This document shows, piece after piece, positions 8,743 to 18,044 of a DNA stretch of 61,496 nucleotides. Numbering within the stretch: position 1 is the stretch's first letter; each line of letters begins with the position of its first letter. The DNA lies in UHGV virus genome UHGV-1354897; one strand, given 5' to 3'. The translations under genes were made by a program, and so were the position numbers. The notes under the pieces are model-generated. The model made no database searches. It was not told the origin of the DNA and saw only the letters and a list, made by a program, of their open reading frames with translations. This stretch comes from a virus.

Positions 8743-9657
8743 ATGGCATTTAAACCACATTTAGCGACTGACGCGGTTGAAGAAAAGATTAAGTTTCCAT
8801 GCTGCATACTGCCTAAAATCGACGGTGTACGCGGTTTAAATCCGGATGGGCAAATAGTAGGGCGCAGCTTAAAGCTGTTTAAAAACCGCCATACAAGCGC
8901 AATTTTCAGCGGTCCTCAATACATGGGCTATGACGGTGAGCTTGCAGCAGGAGTTGAAACGGACCCGGATCTGTGCCGTAAAACAACCAGTGCGGTAAAC
9001 ACAATTGAAGGTGAACCATTCCTGAAATGGCACATCTTTGATCTGTGCGCGGAAAGTGTTGCCGAGCTGGGCTATGAAGCACGCTACAACATGATGAAAG
9101 ACTTTATAACCACACAGCACGCGAAAGGTGAACTGCTCGATCTGCAAGTTGTGCCAATGTATGTGGTTAAGTCTTTGCAAGAGCTGCTTTACTGGGAAAA
9201 CATCTGGCTTGATATGGGTTATGAAGGTATTATTATCCGTGATCCAAACAAGCCTTACAAACATGGGCGCGGTACAGTTCGAGAAGGCGGATACCTTCGT
9301 ATTAAACGCTTTATTCAGGAAGATGCTATTGTCCTCGATATTATTGAGGGTGAAACTAATCTTAATGAAGCTACCGTTAACGAGCTGGGAAGGACTACAC
9401 GATCTTCACATCAGGAAAATAAAGTTCCTAACGGTATGATTGGGACGCTTGTTTGTAAAGACGTTAAGACGGGTAATACAATCAACGTTAGTCCTGGTAA
9501 ACTAACACAAGAGGATAAGATTTATTATTGGAATAACCCTGACAAGATTAAAGGTTGGACTATTTCATATAAACACTTCCCTCATGGTGTTAAAGATAAA
9601 CCGCGTTTTGCTAACTTTATGCATTTCCGCGATGAAAGTGATCAGGCTTTAGATTAA
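8743..9657 (+). CDS. ATP-dependent DNA ligase
   Basis: Adenylation motif KIDGVRG near N-terminus; size comparable to compact phage ligases. Confidence 0.7.
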   Translation: MAFKPHLATDAVEEKIKFPCCILPKIDGVRGLNPDGQIVGRSLKLFKNRHTSAIFSGPQYMGYDGELAAGVETDPDLCRKTTSAVNTIEGEPFLKWHIFDLCAESVAELGYEARYNMMKDFITTQHAKGELLDLQVVPMYVVKSLQELLYWENIWLDMGYEGIIIRDPNKPYKHGRGTVREGGYLRIKRFIQEDAIVLDIIEGETNLNEATVNELGRTTRSSHQENKVPNGMIGTLVCKDVKTGNTINVSPGKLTQEDKIYYWNNPDKIKGWTISYKHFPHGVKDKPRFANFMHFRDESDQALD

Positions 9658-9722
9658 AAAGTAATTGAGGGTTCAAAGTATATTACGTTACAATGAGCAC
9701 GAACTTAAAAGAGAGGCGTTAA

Positions 9723-10451
9723 ATGGCCATTGAAATTAAAATGTCTTCACAAGTAGTGCAAGACACAGGCGTTAAAATTCTGGTTTACGGTGAAGCGGGT
9801 ATGGGTAAAACCAGCCTTGTAGCCACGCTACCTAAACCAATTTTGATCAGCGCAGAGTCCGGTCTGTTATCTATTGCAGCGGAAAACCTTAATCGCGTTT
9901 ATGGTAACATGGGATTGCCGATCGTTTATGATATCCCAGTTATCGAAGTTAAATGTCTGGAGGACGTTGAAGCTGCTTATCAGTGGTGCGTAACTCCAGC
10001 TAACCAGCAGTATTTCGATTCTATTGCGCTTGACAGCTTGAGCGAAATTGCTGAACAATGTTTAAACAATGCGAAAAAAGGAACAAAAGATCCTCGTCAA
10101 GCTTATGGTACTTTGCTTGAAAAGATGCAAGATCTGATCCGTAAATTTCGCGATATTCCTGGCAAACATGTTTATATGTCTGCTAAAATGGGCAAAGACA
10201 AAGATGAAGTCTCCGGTGTTACCGCGTATGCTCCATCTATGCCTGGGTCCAAATTGGGGCAAATGCTCCCTTATTTCTTCGACGAAGTATTTCGTCTGAA
10301 TGTAAATAAGGATCAGCAAGGTAACTCATATCGTTACTTGCAAACTCAACCGGACTTTAATACAATCGCTAAGGATCGTTCGGGACGTTTAGATGCGGTT
10401 GAAGTCCCACACTTAGGTTCTGTTATCAACAAAATGAAAGGTATCAACTAA
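9723..10451 (+). CDS. Sak4-like RecA-fold ATPase
   Basis: Walker A GEAGMGKTS near N-terminus; about 240 aa; sits beside a DUF669-like gene. Confidence 0.6.
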   Translation: MAIEIKMSSQVVQDTGVKILVYGEAGMGKTSLVATLPKPILISAESGLLSIAAENLNRVYGNMGLPIVYDIPVIEVKCLEDVEAAYQWCVTPANQQYFDSIALDSLSEIAEQCLNNAKKGTKDPRQAYGTLLEKMQDLIRKFRDIPGKHVYMSAKMGKDKDEVSGVTAYAPSMPGSKLGQMLPYFFDEVFRLNVNKDQQGNSYRYLQTQPDFNTIAKDRSGRLDAVEVPHLGSVINKMKGIN

Positions 10452-11320
10452 TGACTATGCCAACTAATTTCCACTTTGACGCGAGCAGCTATCAAGCACC
10501 TTCTTACGGCGCATTGCCGAAAGGTTGGTATAAAGCAGTAATTGAAGCATCTGAATTTAAACCGACCAAAAATGGCGGTATAGCAATCCAGGTAACGTTT
10601 AGCATCATTGATGGTTTTGCTAAAGGTCGTAAAATCTTTGCTCGTTATAACGTTATCAACGACAACGAAGATACTGTGCGTATCGCTTACGAGCAACTGG
10701 GCGCTCTTTCCCACGCTGTAGGCGTAATTCGCTGGGATACCCCTGCTCAACTGCACAACATTCCGCTGAACCTGCGTCTGAAAGTTCGTTCTCAGGAAGG
10801 CTATGAAGACAGCAACGAGCCGAACGGTTACGCTAACATCAACGATCCGGTTAAGTATGCAGAAAAAGAAGCAGGTGCTCCGGCAATGGGTGCTCAAGCA
10901 GCAGTAGCCAACCCGTTCGGTGCAGGTGCTCCAGCACAGCAGCCAGCATTCCCGGGCGCAGCACCGCAGCAGCCAGCAGCTAACCCGTTTGCTCAGCAAC
11001 AGCAAGCTCCGGTACAGCAACAGCAGCAGCCAGTTCAGCAGCCTGTTCAGCAACCAGCACCGCAGCAGGGCGCAGCAGCTCAACCGTGGCAGAACGCAGC
11101 ACCGCAGCCGTGGGATAATCCTGCTCAAAACGCAGCGCCGCAGCAGCCAGTTCAGCAAGCTCCGGTACAACAGCCAGTAGCACCGGAAGCAGCTCAGCAG
11201 CCGTGGGCGCAGCAGGTAGCACAGCCGGGTCAGGCAGCAGCACCACAGCAGCAAGCGCAGCCACAGCAGCAAGCTGAACCGCATCCGGCACAAGCAGCAG
11301 TCCCGCCGTGGCAGCAGTAA
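10451..11320 (+). CDS. DUF669-like phage protein (putative ssDNA-binding) with a long Gln/Pro/Ala-rich C-terminal tail
   Basis: Globular N-terminal ~140 aa, then ~150 aa of low-complexity Q/P/A repeats with PWQ/PWD motifs. Confidence 0.5.
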   Translation: MTMPTNFHFDASSYQAPSYGALPKGWYKAVIEASEFKPTKNGGIAIQVTFSIIDGFAKGRKIFARYNVINDNEDTVRIAYEQLGALSHAVGVIRWDTPAQLHNIPLNLRLKVRSQEGYEDSNEPNGYANINDPVKYAEKEAGAPAMGAQAAVANPFGAGAPAQQPAFPGAAPQQPAANPFAQQQQAPVQQQQQPVQQPVQQPAPQQGAAAQPWQNAAPQPWDNPAQNAAPQQPVQQAPVQQPVAPEAAQQPWAQQVAQPGQAAAPQQQAQPQQQAEPHPAQAAVPPWQQ

Positions 11321-11346
11321 GTTAACTCTCCCTCTGTAGTGTCCCT

Positions 11347-11375
11347 AAGCCGTCGAAAGACGGCTTATTTTTCTA
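11347..11375 (+). terminator. intrinsic terminator
   Basis: Hairpin AAGCCGTC-GAAA-GACGGCTT followed by ATTTTT. Confidence 0.75.
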
Positions 11376-11385
11376 AGGTACTCCA

Positions 11386-12294
11386 ATGGCTATTTATATT
11401 GCAGAAAAAACACTTCAAGCAATCAATGACGGTGTGCAAAAAGATCAGGGCGGGACTTACCGTAAATATCTCGGCGTAGTTATTCCCACAATTGAAGACG
11501 CATATCGCCCCGAAAGCGGCAACCGCAGTCACTTAGGTGCTTCCCTTATTGGACAACAATGTGCTCGCAAGCTGTTCTACGGGTATCGCTGGGCTACTCG
11601 TAAAGAGTTCGATGGACGCCAGCTCCGCCTATTTAACCGCGGACATCTGGAAGAAGCGCGTTTCATTGCTATGCTTCTTGCGGCAGGTATGCAGGTCTAC
11701 CAGCAGGATGAAAACGGACACCAGTTCCGTATCAGCGAAGCTGGCGGACACTTTGGCGGTTCCTGCGATGGTGTGGTTATAGGTTGTCCGGACGTTCAGC
11801 CTGGGATGCCCGTGCTTACTGAAATGAAAACTCACAACGATAAGTCATTCAAGAAGCTGAAAGCTAAAGGTGTCAAAGAAGCTAAACCTGAGCACTATGT
11901 ACAGATGAACGTGTACATGCGAAAGCTTGGACTTGGTGCAGCGTTATATCTTGCTGTAAACAAGAACGATGATGAAGTTTACGCAGAAATTATTCCATTT
12001 GATCCGGTTACTGCGGACATGTATATTGATCGTGGTGTGCAGATTGCTATTGCTACGGATATTCCTGACCGTGCTTTTAAAGACTCTACATTCTTCGAAT
12101 GCAAATGGTGCGACCACTCCTCATTGTGCTGGCGTAAAACTATGCCGGAAGTAAACTGTCGCACATGTCAATTTCTTGAGCCAAAAGATGATGGAACATG
12201 GTATTGCAATTTTCATTCCGTTGCAGTAGATACGCAGGGACAGAAAGTTGGTTGTCAAAACTATCAAGTAGCTAATTATTACGGGAAAGATTGA
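11386..12294 (+). CDS. Cas4/RecB-like PD-(D/E)xK exonuclease with C-terminal Cys cluster
   Basis: Motifs GGSCDGVV and EMKTH; cysteines in CKWCDH, CRTC, WYC, GCQ at the C-terminus. Confidence 0.6.
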   Translation: MAIYIAEKTLQAINDGVQKDQGGTYRKYLGVVIPTIEDAYRPESGNRSHLGASLIGQQCARKLFYGYRWATRKEFDGRQLRLFNRGHLEEARFIAMLLAAGMQVYQQDENGHQFRISEAGGHFGGSCDGVVIGCPDVQPGMPVLTEMKTHNDKSFKKLKAKGVKEAKPEHYVQMNVYMRKLGLGAALYLAVNKNDDEVYAEIIPFDPVTADMYIDRGVQIAIATDIPDRAFKDSTFFECKWCDHSSLCWRKTMPEVNCRTCQFLEPKDDGTWYCNFHSVAVDTQGQKVGCQNYQVANYYGKD

Positions 12295-12295
12295 T

Positions 12296-14272
12296 ATGCA
12301 ACTCCGCGATTATCAACAGGAAGCAGTTTATAGCGTATTCCGCTATTTTGATGCTGAAAAGGGTAACGCGGGGAACCCTTTGATCCTGTTACCAACAGGG
12401 ACAGGAAAATCGCTCGTTATCGCGGGGTTCCTCGATCTGCTTTATAAATGGTATCCAAACCAGCGCGTAATGATGTTAACTCACGTCAAAGAGTTAATTG
12501 CGCAAAACTATGATAAATTAATGAAAGTCTGGCCTGAAGCGCCAGCAGGTATTTACAGCGCAGGTTTGAAGCGTAAAGAAGTTTATAATCTTATCACATT
12601 TGCGGGGATTGCATCTGTTGCTAAGCATCCTAAAAAGTTCGGCAAGGTTGATCTAATCTTTGTGGATGAAGCGCACCTTATTAGTCCGCGTGATGCAACA
12701 ATGTATAAGAAGTTCTTTGCAGCATTGCGTGAAGTTAACCCGTATTTAAAAATTATCGGTCTTACCGCTACACCTTACCGACTGGGTTACGGCTCAATTG
12801 TTAAGGAAAACGAAGACGATGATGCTTTATTTGATAAAGTAACGTTTGATGCAACTACCCCTGAAGCCTTTAACTGGTTCCTGGAGCAAGGCTATTTGCT
12901 TCCGGTTGTGCCAAAGCGTACAAAGATGGAACTGGACCTCAATGGTGTAGGGAAACGCGGCGGTGAGTTTATTCAGAGTGAGCTGCAAAGTGCGGTGAAC
13001 CGCGACGACGCAACACTCCGAGCACTTGAGGAAGCCATTGAATGTGGTGAAGACCGTCAAAGTTGGCTTATATTTTGTTCTGGTATTGAACACGCTAAAG
13101 ATGCGTGTGATATGCTAAACGATATGGGTATTAGTTGCGGATGTATTCACTCAAAGCTTGATGCAAAAGAGCGTGACGAGATTATTGAAAAGTTCAAGCG
13201 TGGAGAGTTTCGAGCGCTGACAAATAACAACGTCTTAACCACAGGTTTCGACCATCCAATGCTTGATCTGATTATCATGCTTCGCCCAACTGCCTCGGCG
13301 GTGCTATGGGTTCAGATGTTGGGTCGCGGTACGCGTCCGGTATATGCGGAGGGCTTTGATCTTTCCACGCAGGAAGGCCGCTTGCAAGCTATTGCAGCAA
13401 GCCCTAAGCAGAACTGCCTTGTACTGGATTTCAGCGGTAATACGCGTCGTTTGGGCCCTATTAACGACCCTGTTAAACCCAAGCGCCCGGGCGAAAAAGG
13501 TGCTGGTACTGCTCCGGTTAAAGAATGCGATGTGTGCGGGTCGTATAATCATGCATCTGCTCGCTATTGTGGTGGCTTTGCACCAATTCCTATGGACAGC
13601 GTTACACAGGAACAAGTTCAACAATTATATTTGAAGGGATTCAGACTACGTGGAACGGATTATGTTAAAGAAGGATTTTGCGGTCATGAGTTTAAGTTCC
13701 AGACGAAACTTAAAAAGGCAGCAAGTACCGAAGCACTGATCAAACAGGACATTCCGGTAGTTGAAGACTTCAAAGTTACGCATGTGACTTATGCGAAGCA
13801 CACTAAACGCAATGACAGCTCCAAACCTCCAACAATGAAGGTGACTTATTATTGCGGTAGTAAAATATTCAGCGAATGGGTAGCTCTACTTCATGGTGAC
13901 TGGGCGGGTCGTAAAGCGGTCGCATGGTGGAAGAAAAGGACGCATCTTCCTTTACCACAAACTATTGAAGAAGCTCTTGATGTTGCTGCAATGCTTAAAA
14001 CACCGAAATACATCAAAGTTCATACCAATAAGAAATGGCCTGAGATATTGAACTACGATTATGATGGTACGTGTTTCGGTAAGTTTGAAGCTCCACAGGA
14101 CGACGAAGCTATTCAAGTTAAAGTATACGGGCAAGATGGAACAACCGAAGGTCCGAGCTATAACGATGATGTGAGCTGGGATGATATTGTTTCGCAGAAT
14201 ACGCAAGGTATAACAGTGAACAATGTGGTTAATCCTGTACAAGTAGATGATCCAGATTACGTTCCGTTCTAA
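12296..14272 (+). CDS. superfamily 2 DNA helicase (DEAH-type) with C-terminal Cys-rich region
   Basis: Walker A PTGTGKS, motif II DEAH, helicase C-domain features, CDVCGS...YCGG cysteines. Confidence 0.8.
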   Translation: MQLRDYQQEAVYSVFRYFDAEKGNAGNPLILLPTGTGKSLVIAGFLDLLYKWYPNQRVMMLTHVKELIAQNYDKLMKVWPEAPAGIYSAGLKRKEVYNLITFAGIASVAKHPKKFGKVDLIFVDEAHLISPRDATMYKKFFAALREVNPYLKIIGLTATPYRLGYGSIVKENEDDDALFDKVTFDATTPEAFNWFLEQGYLLPVVPKRTKMELDLNGVGKRGGEFIQSELQSAVNRDDATLRALEEAIECGEDRQSWLIFCSGIEHAKDACDMLNDMGISCGCIHSKLDAKERDEIIEKFKRGEFRALTNNNVLTTGFDHPMLDLIIMLRPTASAVLWVQMLGRGTRPVYAEGFDLSTQEGRLQAIAASPKQNCLVLDFSGNTRRLGPINDPVKPKRPGEKGAGTAPVKECDVCGSYNHASARYCGGFAPIPMDSVTQEQVQQLYLKGFRLRGTDYVKEGFCGHEFKFQTKLKKAASTEALIKQDIPVVEDFKVTHVTYAKHTKRNDSSKPPTMKVTYYCGSKIFSEWVALLHGDWAGRKAVAWWKKRTHLPLPQTIEEALDVAAMLKTPKYIKVHTNKKWPEILNYDYDGTCFGKFEAPQDDEAIQVKVYGQDGTTEGPSYNDDVSWDDIVSQNTQGITVNNVVNPVQVDDPDYVPF

Positions 14273-14286
14273 TTGACTTCAACATC

Positions 14287-14320
14287 TAATGCCCCTACTA
14301 TTGGGGCATTACTTATTTAT
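14287..14320 (+). terminator. intrinsic terminator
   Basis: Hairpin AATGCCCC...GGGGCATT followed by T-rich tract. Confidence 0.7.
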
Positions 14321-14331
14321 AGGGGATTGCA

Positions 14332-14826
14332 ATGTACGTCCTGATTGATACAGATAAATTTGAACTCTTGGCAAAGCATCCCAATTGGCTGACACTACAC
14401 CAACTTGGAATTATTTGTTGCCCTGAGTCAACACTGGTGACACCAGTAGACGATTTACATGATCTTGAAGATGTTGATCTTCAAATGCTTTATATTAACT
14501 TGACAGAAAACTTAGGAGCTGCACCTTATGAACGGGAAATCGTTGAGCGCATTTTGTTTGATTACTTTACGCAACTTCCAGAAACAATCCTGGATCACGC
14601 CCAAATCAGCGCACAAGCCGAATTCTGTGTGGAATACGATATCCAAGGCTTTTGCTCACCTCAAATTGGGCAATACGTTCCGTCAATGGATGAAGGACTT
14701 TGGAAACCTGCCCGTGCCAAATACGATGCTGAACGGGAGGGTGGTATTATTTCCGGTGCCAGGGTCGTTTGTGAGCAACCCGCATTGCAAGCCGCATGGA
14801 CACCGGGCAGAGGGGCAAAGAGTTAG
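14332..14826 (+). CDS. hypothetical protein
   Basis: 164-aa ORF. Confidence 0.6.
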   Translation: MYVLIDTDKFELLAKHPNWLTLHQLGIICCPESTLVTPVDDLHDLEDVDLQMLYINLTENLGAAPYEREIVERILFDYFTQLPETILDHAQISAQAEFCVEYDIQGFCSPQIGQYVPSMDEGLWKPARAKYDAEREGGIISGARVVCEQPALQAAWTPGRGAKS

Positions 14827-14838
14827 TAAGTTCTAAGC

Positions 14839-14866
14839 TTGATCAAAAATATTTTTAAAAATATTC
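14839..14866. promoter_or_regulatory. A/T palindrome (AAAAATATTTTT followed by AAAAATATT), candidate operator/promoter element
   Basis: Perfect self-complementary dodecamer just upstream of the Ala/Lys/Glu-rich gene. Confidence 0.35.
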
Positions 14867-14953
14867 AGATAAGGGGTTGCGTGTCACAAAATCCTTTGGT
14901 ACATTTAACCCCGTTGGTAACAAACGAACCCATAACAATTCGGAGTGAAGAGA

Positions 14954-15757
14954 ATGAGCAACATTGAAGACAAAAAAGCTGCTGCCGCAGCCGCTGCTGC
15001 CGCCGCTGCAAAATCTGCTAAACCTGCAAAGAAAGAAGCTACTGTGAATGATGCAGAAGCTAAGAAAGCCGCAGCCGCTGAAGCTGCACGCGTAGCAAAA
15101 GAGAAAAAAGAAGCAGAGAAAAAAGCTGCCGCTGAAAAGAAACAAGCTGAAATCCGCACTGAAGCGGAAAACAAATTCAATGCGATTGCTAACGCTGCTG
15201 AAATCCTGAAAAACTCTTTGGCTACCGTCACCGACGAAAGCACTGTTGAACAGATCACGGAAGCGGAAACTCAGGGATCTGCAAACCTGAAGACCATTAA
15301 AGAAGCTCTGAAAGAGCTGAAAGCTGTCGTTAAGAAGTCTAAAGGTGAAGACCTGTCCGGTGCTGTAACTTCTGCTCAGGGCCTGGTGGATGGTCTGGAA
15401 GCTACTATTAAAGGCTTCAAAGACAAGATCCGTGCTGCAAAACAGGCAGAAAAAGAAGCGGAAAAAGCGCGCGCTAAAGAGCTTCGTGAGAAAGAAAAAG
15501 AAGCTAACCGTATGCCGGAACAGAACGGTGTTCGTCGTCCACAACCGGAAACTTCCTGCGGTCGTGCCTGGGCTCTGATGGACCAGATTAGCGCTACGCT
15601 GGGTCAGCCTGCTCCGATCTCTTATGTTCTGAACCTGGCTGGTCGCCATGGTCTGAACGAAGATACCATTAAAACTCAGTATGCACGCTGGAAGAAATTT
15701 AATGGTGTGACTGGTCGCGTACCTGTACCCGTACCGGAAGCCCTGAACGGCTTGTAA
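14954..15757 (+). CDS. Ala/Lys/Glu-rich low-complexity protein with a conserved C-terminal domain (paralog of 60060..60674)
   Basis: GGAG RBS before ATG at 14954; run of 12 consecutive Ala codons; C-terminus aligns with the 60060..60674 product. Confidence 0.65.
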   Translation: MSNIEDKKAAAAAAAAAAAKSAKPAKKEATVNDAEAKKAAAAEAARVAKEKKEAEKKAAAEKKQAEIRTEAENKFNAIANAAEILKNSLATVTDESTVEQITEAETQGSANLKTIKEALKELKAVVKKSKGEDLSGAVTSAQGLVDGLEATIKGFKDKIRAAKQAEKEAEKARAKELREKEKEANRMPEQNGVRRPQPETSCGRAWALMDQISATLGQPAPISYVLNLAGRHGLNEDTIKTQYARWKKFNGVTGRVPVPVPEALNGL

Positions 15758-15782
15758 TATCAAAACATATCACGTTATAATG

Positions 15783-15810
15783 AAAGCGCCCAATGAGGCG
15801 CTTTCTTTTT
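15783..15810 (+). terminator. intrinsic terminator
   Basis: Hairpin AAAGCGCC-CAATGA-GGCGCTTT followed by CTTTTT. Confidence 0.8.
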
Positions 15811-15826
15811 CACTAGAGGATTTAAG

Positions 15827-16534
15827 ATGAATATTAATCAACAAGCTCCCGAGTCTCGTTCTAAAGAAAACGATATGTATTTAGACGTGCATTCGGTATT
15901 CTCTACCATTCAGGGTGAAGGTCCATTCTGCGGTCAACCTGCGGTATTTGTGCGCCTTGCTGGATGTAACCTGCAATGCCCGGGCTGCGACACGGATTAT
16001 ACTGTTGGTCGTTCTCTTTACCACATTGTTGATATCATGCGTTTAATCGAAAGCCGTAAGCTGGAATCTGGCAATAGCACCTCACTTGTGGTTATCACTG
16101 GGGGCGAACCATTCCGCCAGCAAATTAACCCGTTTATTGAACAACTGTTATCACGCGGGTATCTTGTGCAGATTGAAACGAATGGGTCTATGCCTTTACC
16201 TAAGAACTTTTCCCAGCTACCTGTCATTGTATGCAGTCCTAAGACTTCAAAAATTCATCCTACTGTGCTGTACCGAGCAAACGCATTTAAATATGTGCTT
16301 AAAGCGTGCTGTGTAAACGTGGAAGACGGTTTACCGCTTCAGGCATTAGATCATCAAGCTACGCCATTTATCGCTAGACCTCCGAAGGGGTTCAAGGGTA
16401 AGATATATTTACAGCCAATGGACGAGCAGGATGAAGATCTTAACCACAGTAACATCCAAGCGGTTGTCCAAAGCTGTATGAAACACGGGTACACGTTGCA
16501 GCTTCAGGTTCACAAATATATCGGGGTGGAATAA
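15827..16534 (+). CDS. queE: 7-carboxy-7-deazaguanine synthase (radical SAM)
   Basis: QueE-like N-terminus FSTIQGEGPFCG and cysteine cluster CNLQCPGCDT. Confidence 0.8.
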   Translation: MNINQQAPESRSKENDMYLDVHSVFSTIQGEGPFCGQPAVFVRLAGCNLQCPGCDTDYTVGRSLYHIVDIMRLIESRKLESGNSTSLVVITGGEPFRQQINPFIEQLLSRGYLVQIETNGSMPLPKNFSQLPVIVCSPKTSKIHPTVLYRANAFKYVLKACCVNVEDGLPLQALDHQATPFIARPPKGFKGKIYLQPMDEQDEDLNHSNIQAVVQSCMKHGYTLQLQVHKYIGVE

Positions 16535-16536
16535 CT

Positions 16537-16797
16537 ATGAGCGAAAAATATATGTTTGAAAATCGTCCTATTGATGGTATGACCTGGAACAAACTCCAGG
16601 AAGCTGCTTGTCACGGTGCATTAGTTTGCACTAAAGAGCGCGATGTTGAAAAGGCCGGACCTGTTTATAAACTCCGCGACCCTTGTAATGAAGAATACTG
16701 CTTTGTGTTTAGCGATGAAGCTGAACAGTTTAGTAATCCTTACCGCACCGCTGATGAAGCTGCGGAAATGAGTCGTAAATATGCGGATCAATTATGA
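16537..16797 (+). CDS. hypothetical protein inside the deazaguanine cluster
   Basis: 86-aa ORF between queE and queC. Confidence 0.55.
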   Translation: MSEKYMFENRPIDGMTWNKLQEAACHGALVCTKERDVEKAGPVYKLRDPCNEEYCFVFSDEAEQFSNPYRTADEAAEMSRKYADQL

Positions 16798-16806
16798 GGT
16801 GGAATA

Positions 16807-17019
16807 ATGATCACTTTGGAAGAAGCGAAACAGCATCAGGAAATGATCACTGAGCTGGTAGAAAAACTTAATTCTGCAATTGCTCACGCTACTATGCAGG
16901 GTGTGCATGTTGAATTAGATATTAATCACGTTAGTACAATTGGAGCACGCAATCATCCGATTGTGATGTCAAACGTAACAATCAACCCTTGTGATATTAA
17001 AGGTGTAGAAGATGAATGA
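16807..17019 (+). CDS. hypothetical protein inside the deazaguanine cluster
   Basis: 70-aa ORF. Confidence 0.5.
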   Translation: MITLEEAKQHQEMITELVEKLNSAIAHATMQGVHVELDINHVSTIGARNHPIVMSNVTINPCDIKGVEDE

Positions 17020-17200
17020 AGAAACTGTAATTCTTATGCAGAAAATTCAACGTTTACAGGACGAGTTGAATGACGCTATTTGCCGCGCTGCATCAAAGAA
17101 AATACATTCGGAGCTTGAAATACACCAGCGCCGGGTAACATCTGAAGCGGTGGTGGAACAAGTAGTCATTAACCTCAATATTAGTCTTAAAGGTTTCTAA
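17012..17200 (+). CDS. hypothetical protein inside the deazaguanine cluster
   Basis: 62-aa ORF, coiled-coil-like. Confidence 0.5.
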   Translation: MNEETVILMQKIQRLQDELNDAICRAASKKIHSELEIHQRRVTSEAVVEQVVINLNISLKGF

Positions 17201-17201
17201 A

Positions 17202-17924
17202 ATGAACAAATTAGATAAACTGGTATTCCCTGTAAAAAATCATAACTCCGCCGTTGTGGTCCTGTCTGGCGGTCAGGACAGCGTGACCTGTTTAGGTCTT
17301 GCACTTAATAACTATGATAAGGTTTACGCTATTGGTTTTGCATACGGTCAACGTCACACTGTGGAATTAGCTTGCGCTGAACAGATATGTAAAGAACACG
17401 ATGTCCCATTTGTTGTCTTTGAATTACCTGCTTTGAAACAGATTGGCAATAGCGCTTTAATTGGGAACGAAGGTGATGTTAACGAACATCACGAACAGCA
17501 CAACAACCTTCCAGCAAGCTTTGTGCCAAACCGTAATGCTCTTTTCCTGACTACCGCGCACGCCTACGCGCAGAAAGTTGGTGCCCGATATGTGGTTACA
17601 GGCGTCTGTGAAACAGACTATAGCGGTTATCCGGATTGCCGCCAGCAGTTTGTAGACTTGCTTGAAGCTACGTTAAACGTTGGATATGAAACAGATATTC
17701 ATTTCGTTACCCCGCTTATGCGTTTAAATAAAGCAGAAACGTTTGAGCTGGCGGATAAGGTTGGCTTCTTAACCACAGTAATTGAACAGTCCCATACTTG
17801 CTATAACGGTGTCCGTCGCACTCTGCATGACTGGGGCTATGGTTGCGGTGAATGCCCTGCGTGCAAACTGCGTGCTAAAGGGTACAGTGAATTTATGGAT
17901 AACGCTTACAGCAAACACGTTTGA
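17202..17924 (+). CDS. queC: 7-cyano-7-deazaguanine (preQ0) synthase
   Basis: PP-loop VVLSGGQDS and C-terminal zinc site CYNG...CGECPAC; standalone, no fused amidotransferase domain. Confidence 0.85.
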   Translation: MNKLDKLVFPVKNHNSAVVVLSGGQDSVTCLGLALNNYDKVYAIGFAYGQRHTVELACAEQICKEHDVPFVVFELPALKQIGNSALIGNEGDVNEHHEQHNNLPASFVPNRNALFLTTAHAYAQKVGARYVVTGVCETDYSGYPDCRQQFVDLLEATLNVGYETDIHFVTPLMRLNKAETFELADKVGFLTTVIEQSHTCYNGVRRTLHDWGYGCGECPACKLRAKGYSEFMDNAYSKHV

Positions 17925-18044
17925 TCTTACCGCGAAAACCGCACCGCTAGCGCATTGTTTAGGGTGCGGGAACCCAACTATACTACTAAACCTTTTAAAC
18001 CCAACAACCAGCGAATAACGCTGTTAAAACTGGAGAACAAAAGT

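Noticed and set aside
10448-11293. 281-aa reverse-strand ORF rich in Leu/Cys/Arg/Trp
   Set aside because: Lies entirely antisense to the Gln/Pro/Ala-rich tail of the DUF669-like gene; a codon-repeat artifact without RBS or plausible composition.
14855-15763. 302-aa and 117-aa reverse-strand ORFs overlapping the Ala/Lys/Glu-rich gene
   Set aside because: Antisense shadow of a low-complexity coding region; Phe/Ser-rich junk-like translation; the forward gene has a proper RBS.
17925-18044. Possible preQ1 riboswitch in the leader of the YhhQ-like gene
   Set aside because: Only a short GGGT-loop-ACCC hairpin with an A-rich tail is present; loop length and conserved positions do not match the preQ1-I aptamer as I recall it. 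A covariance-model scan is needed.
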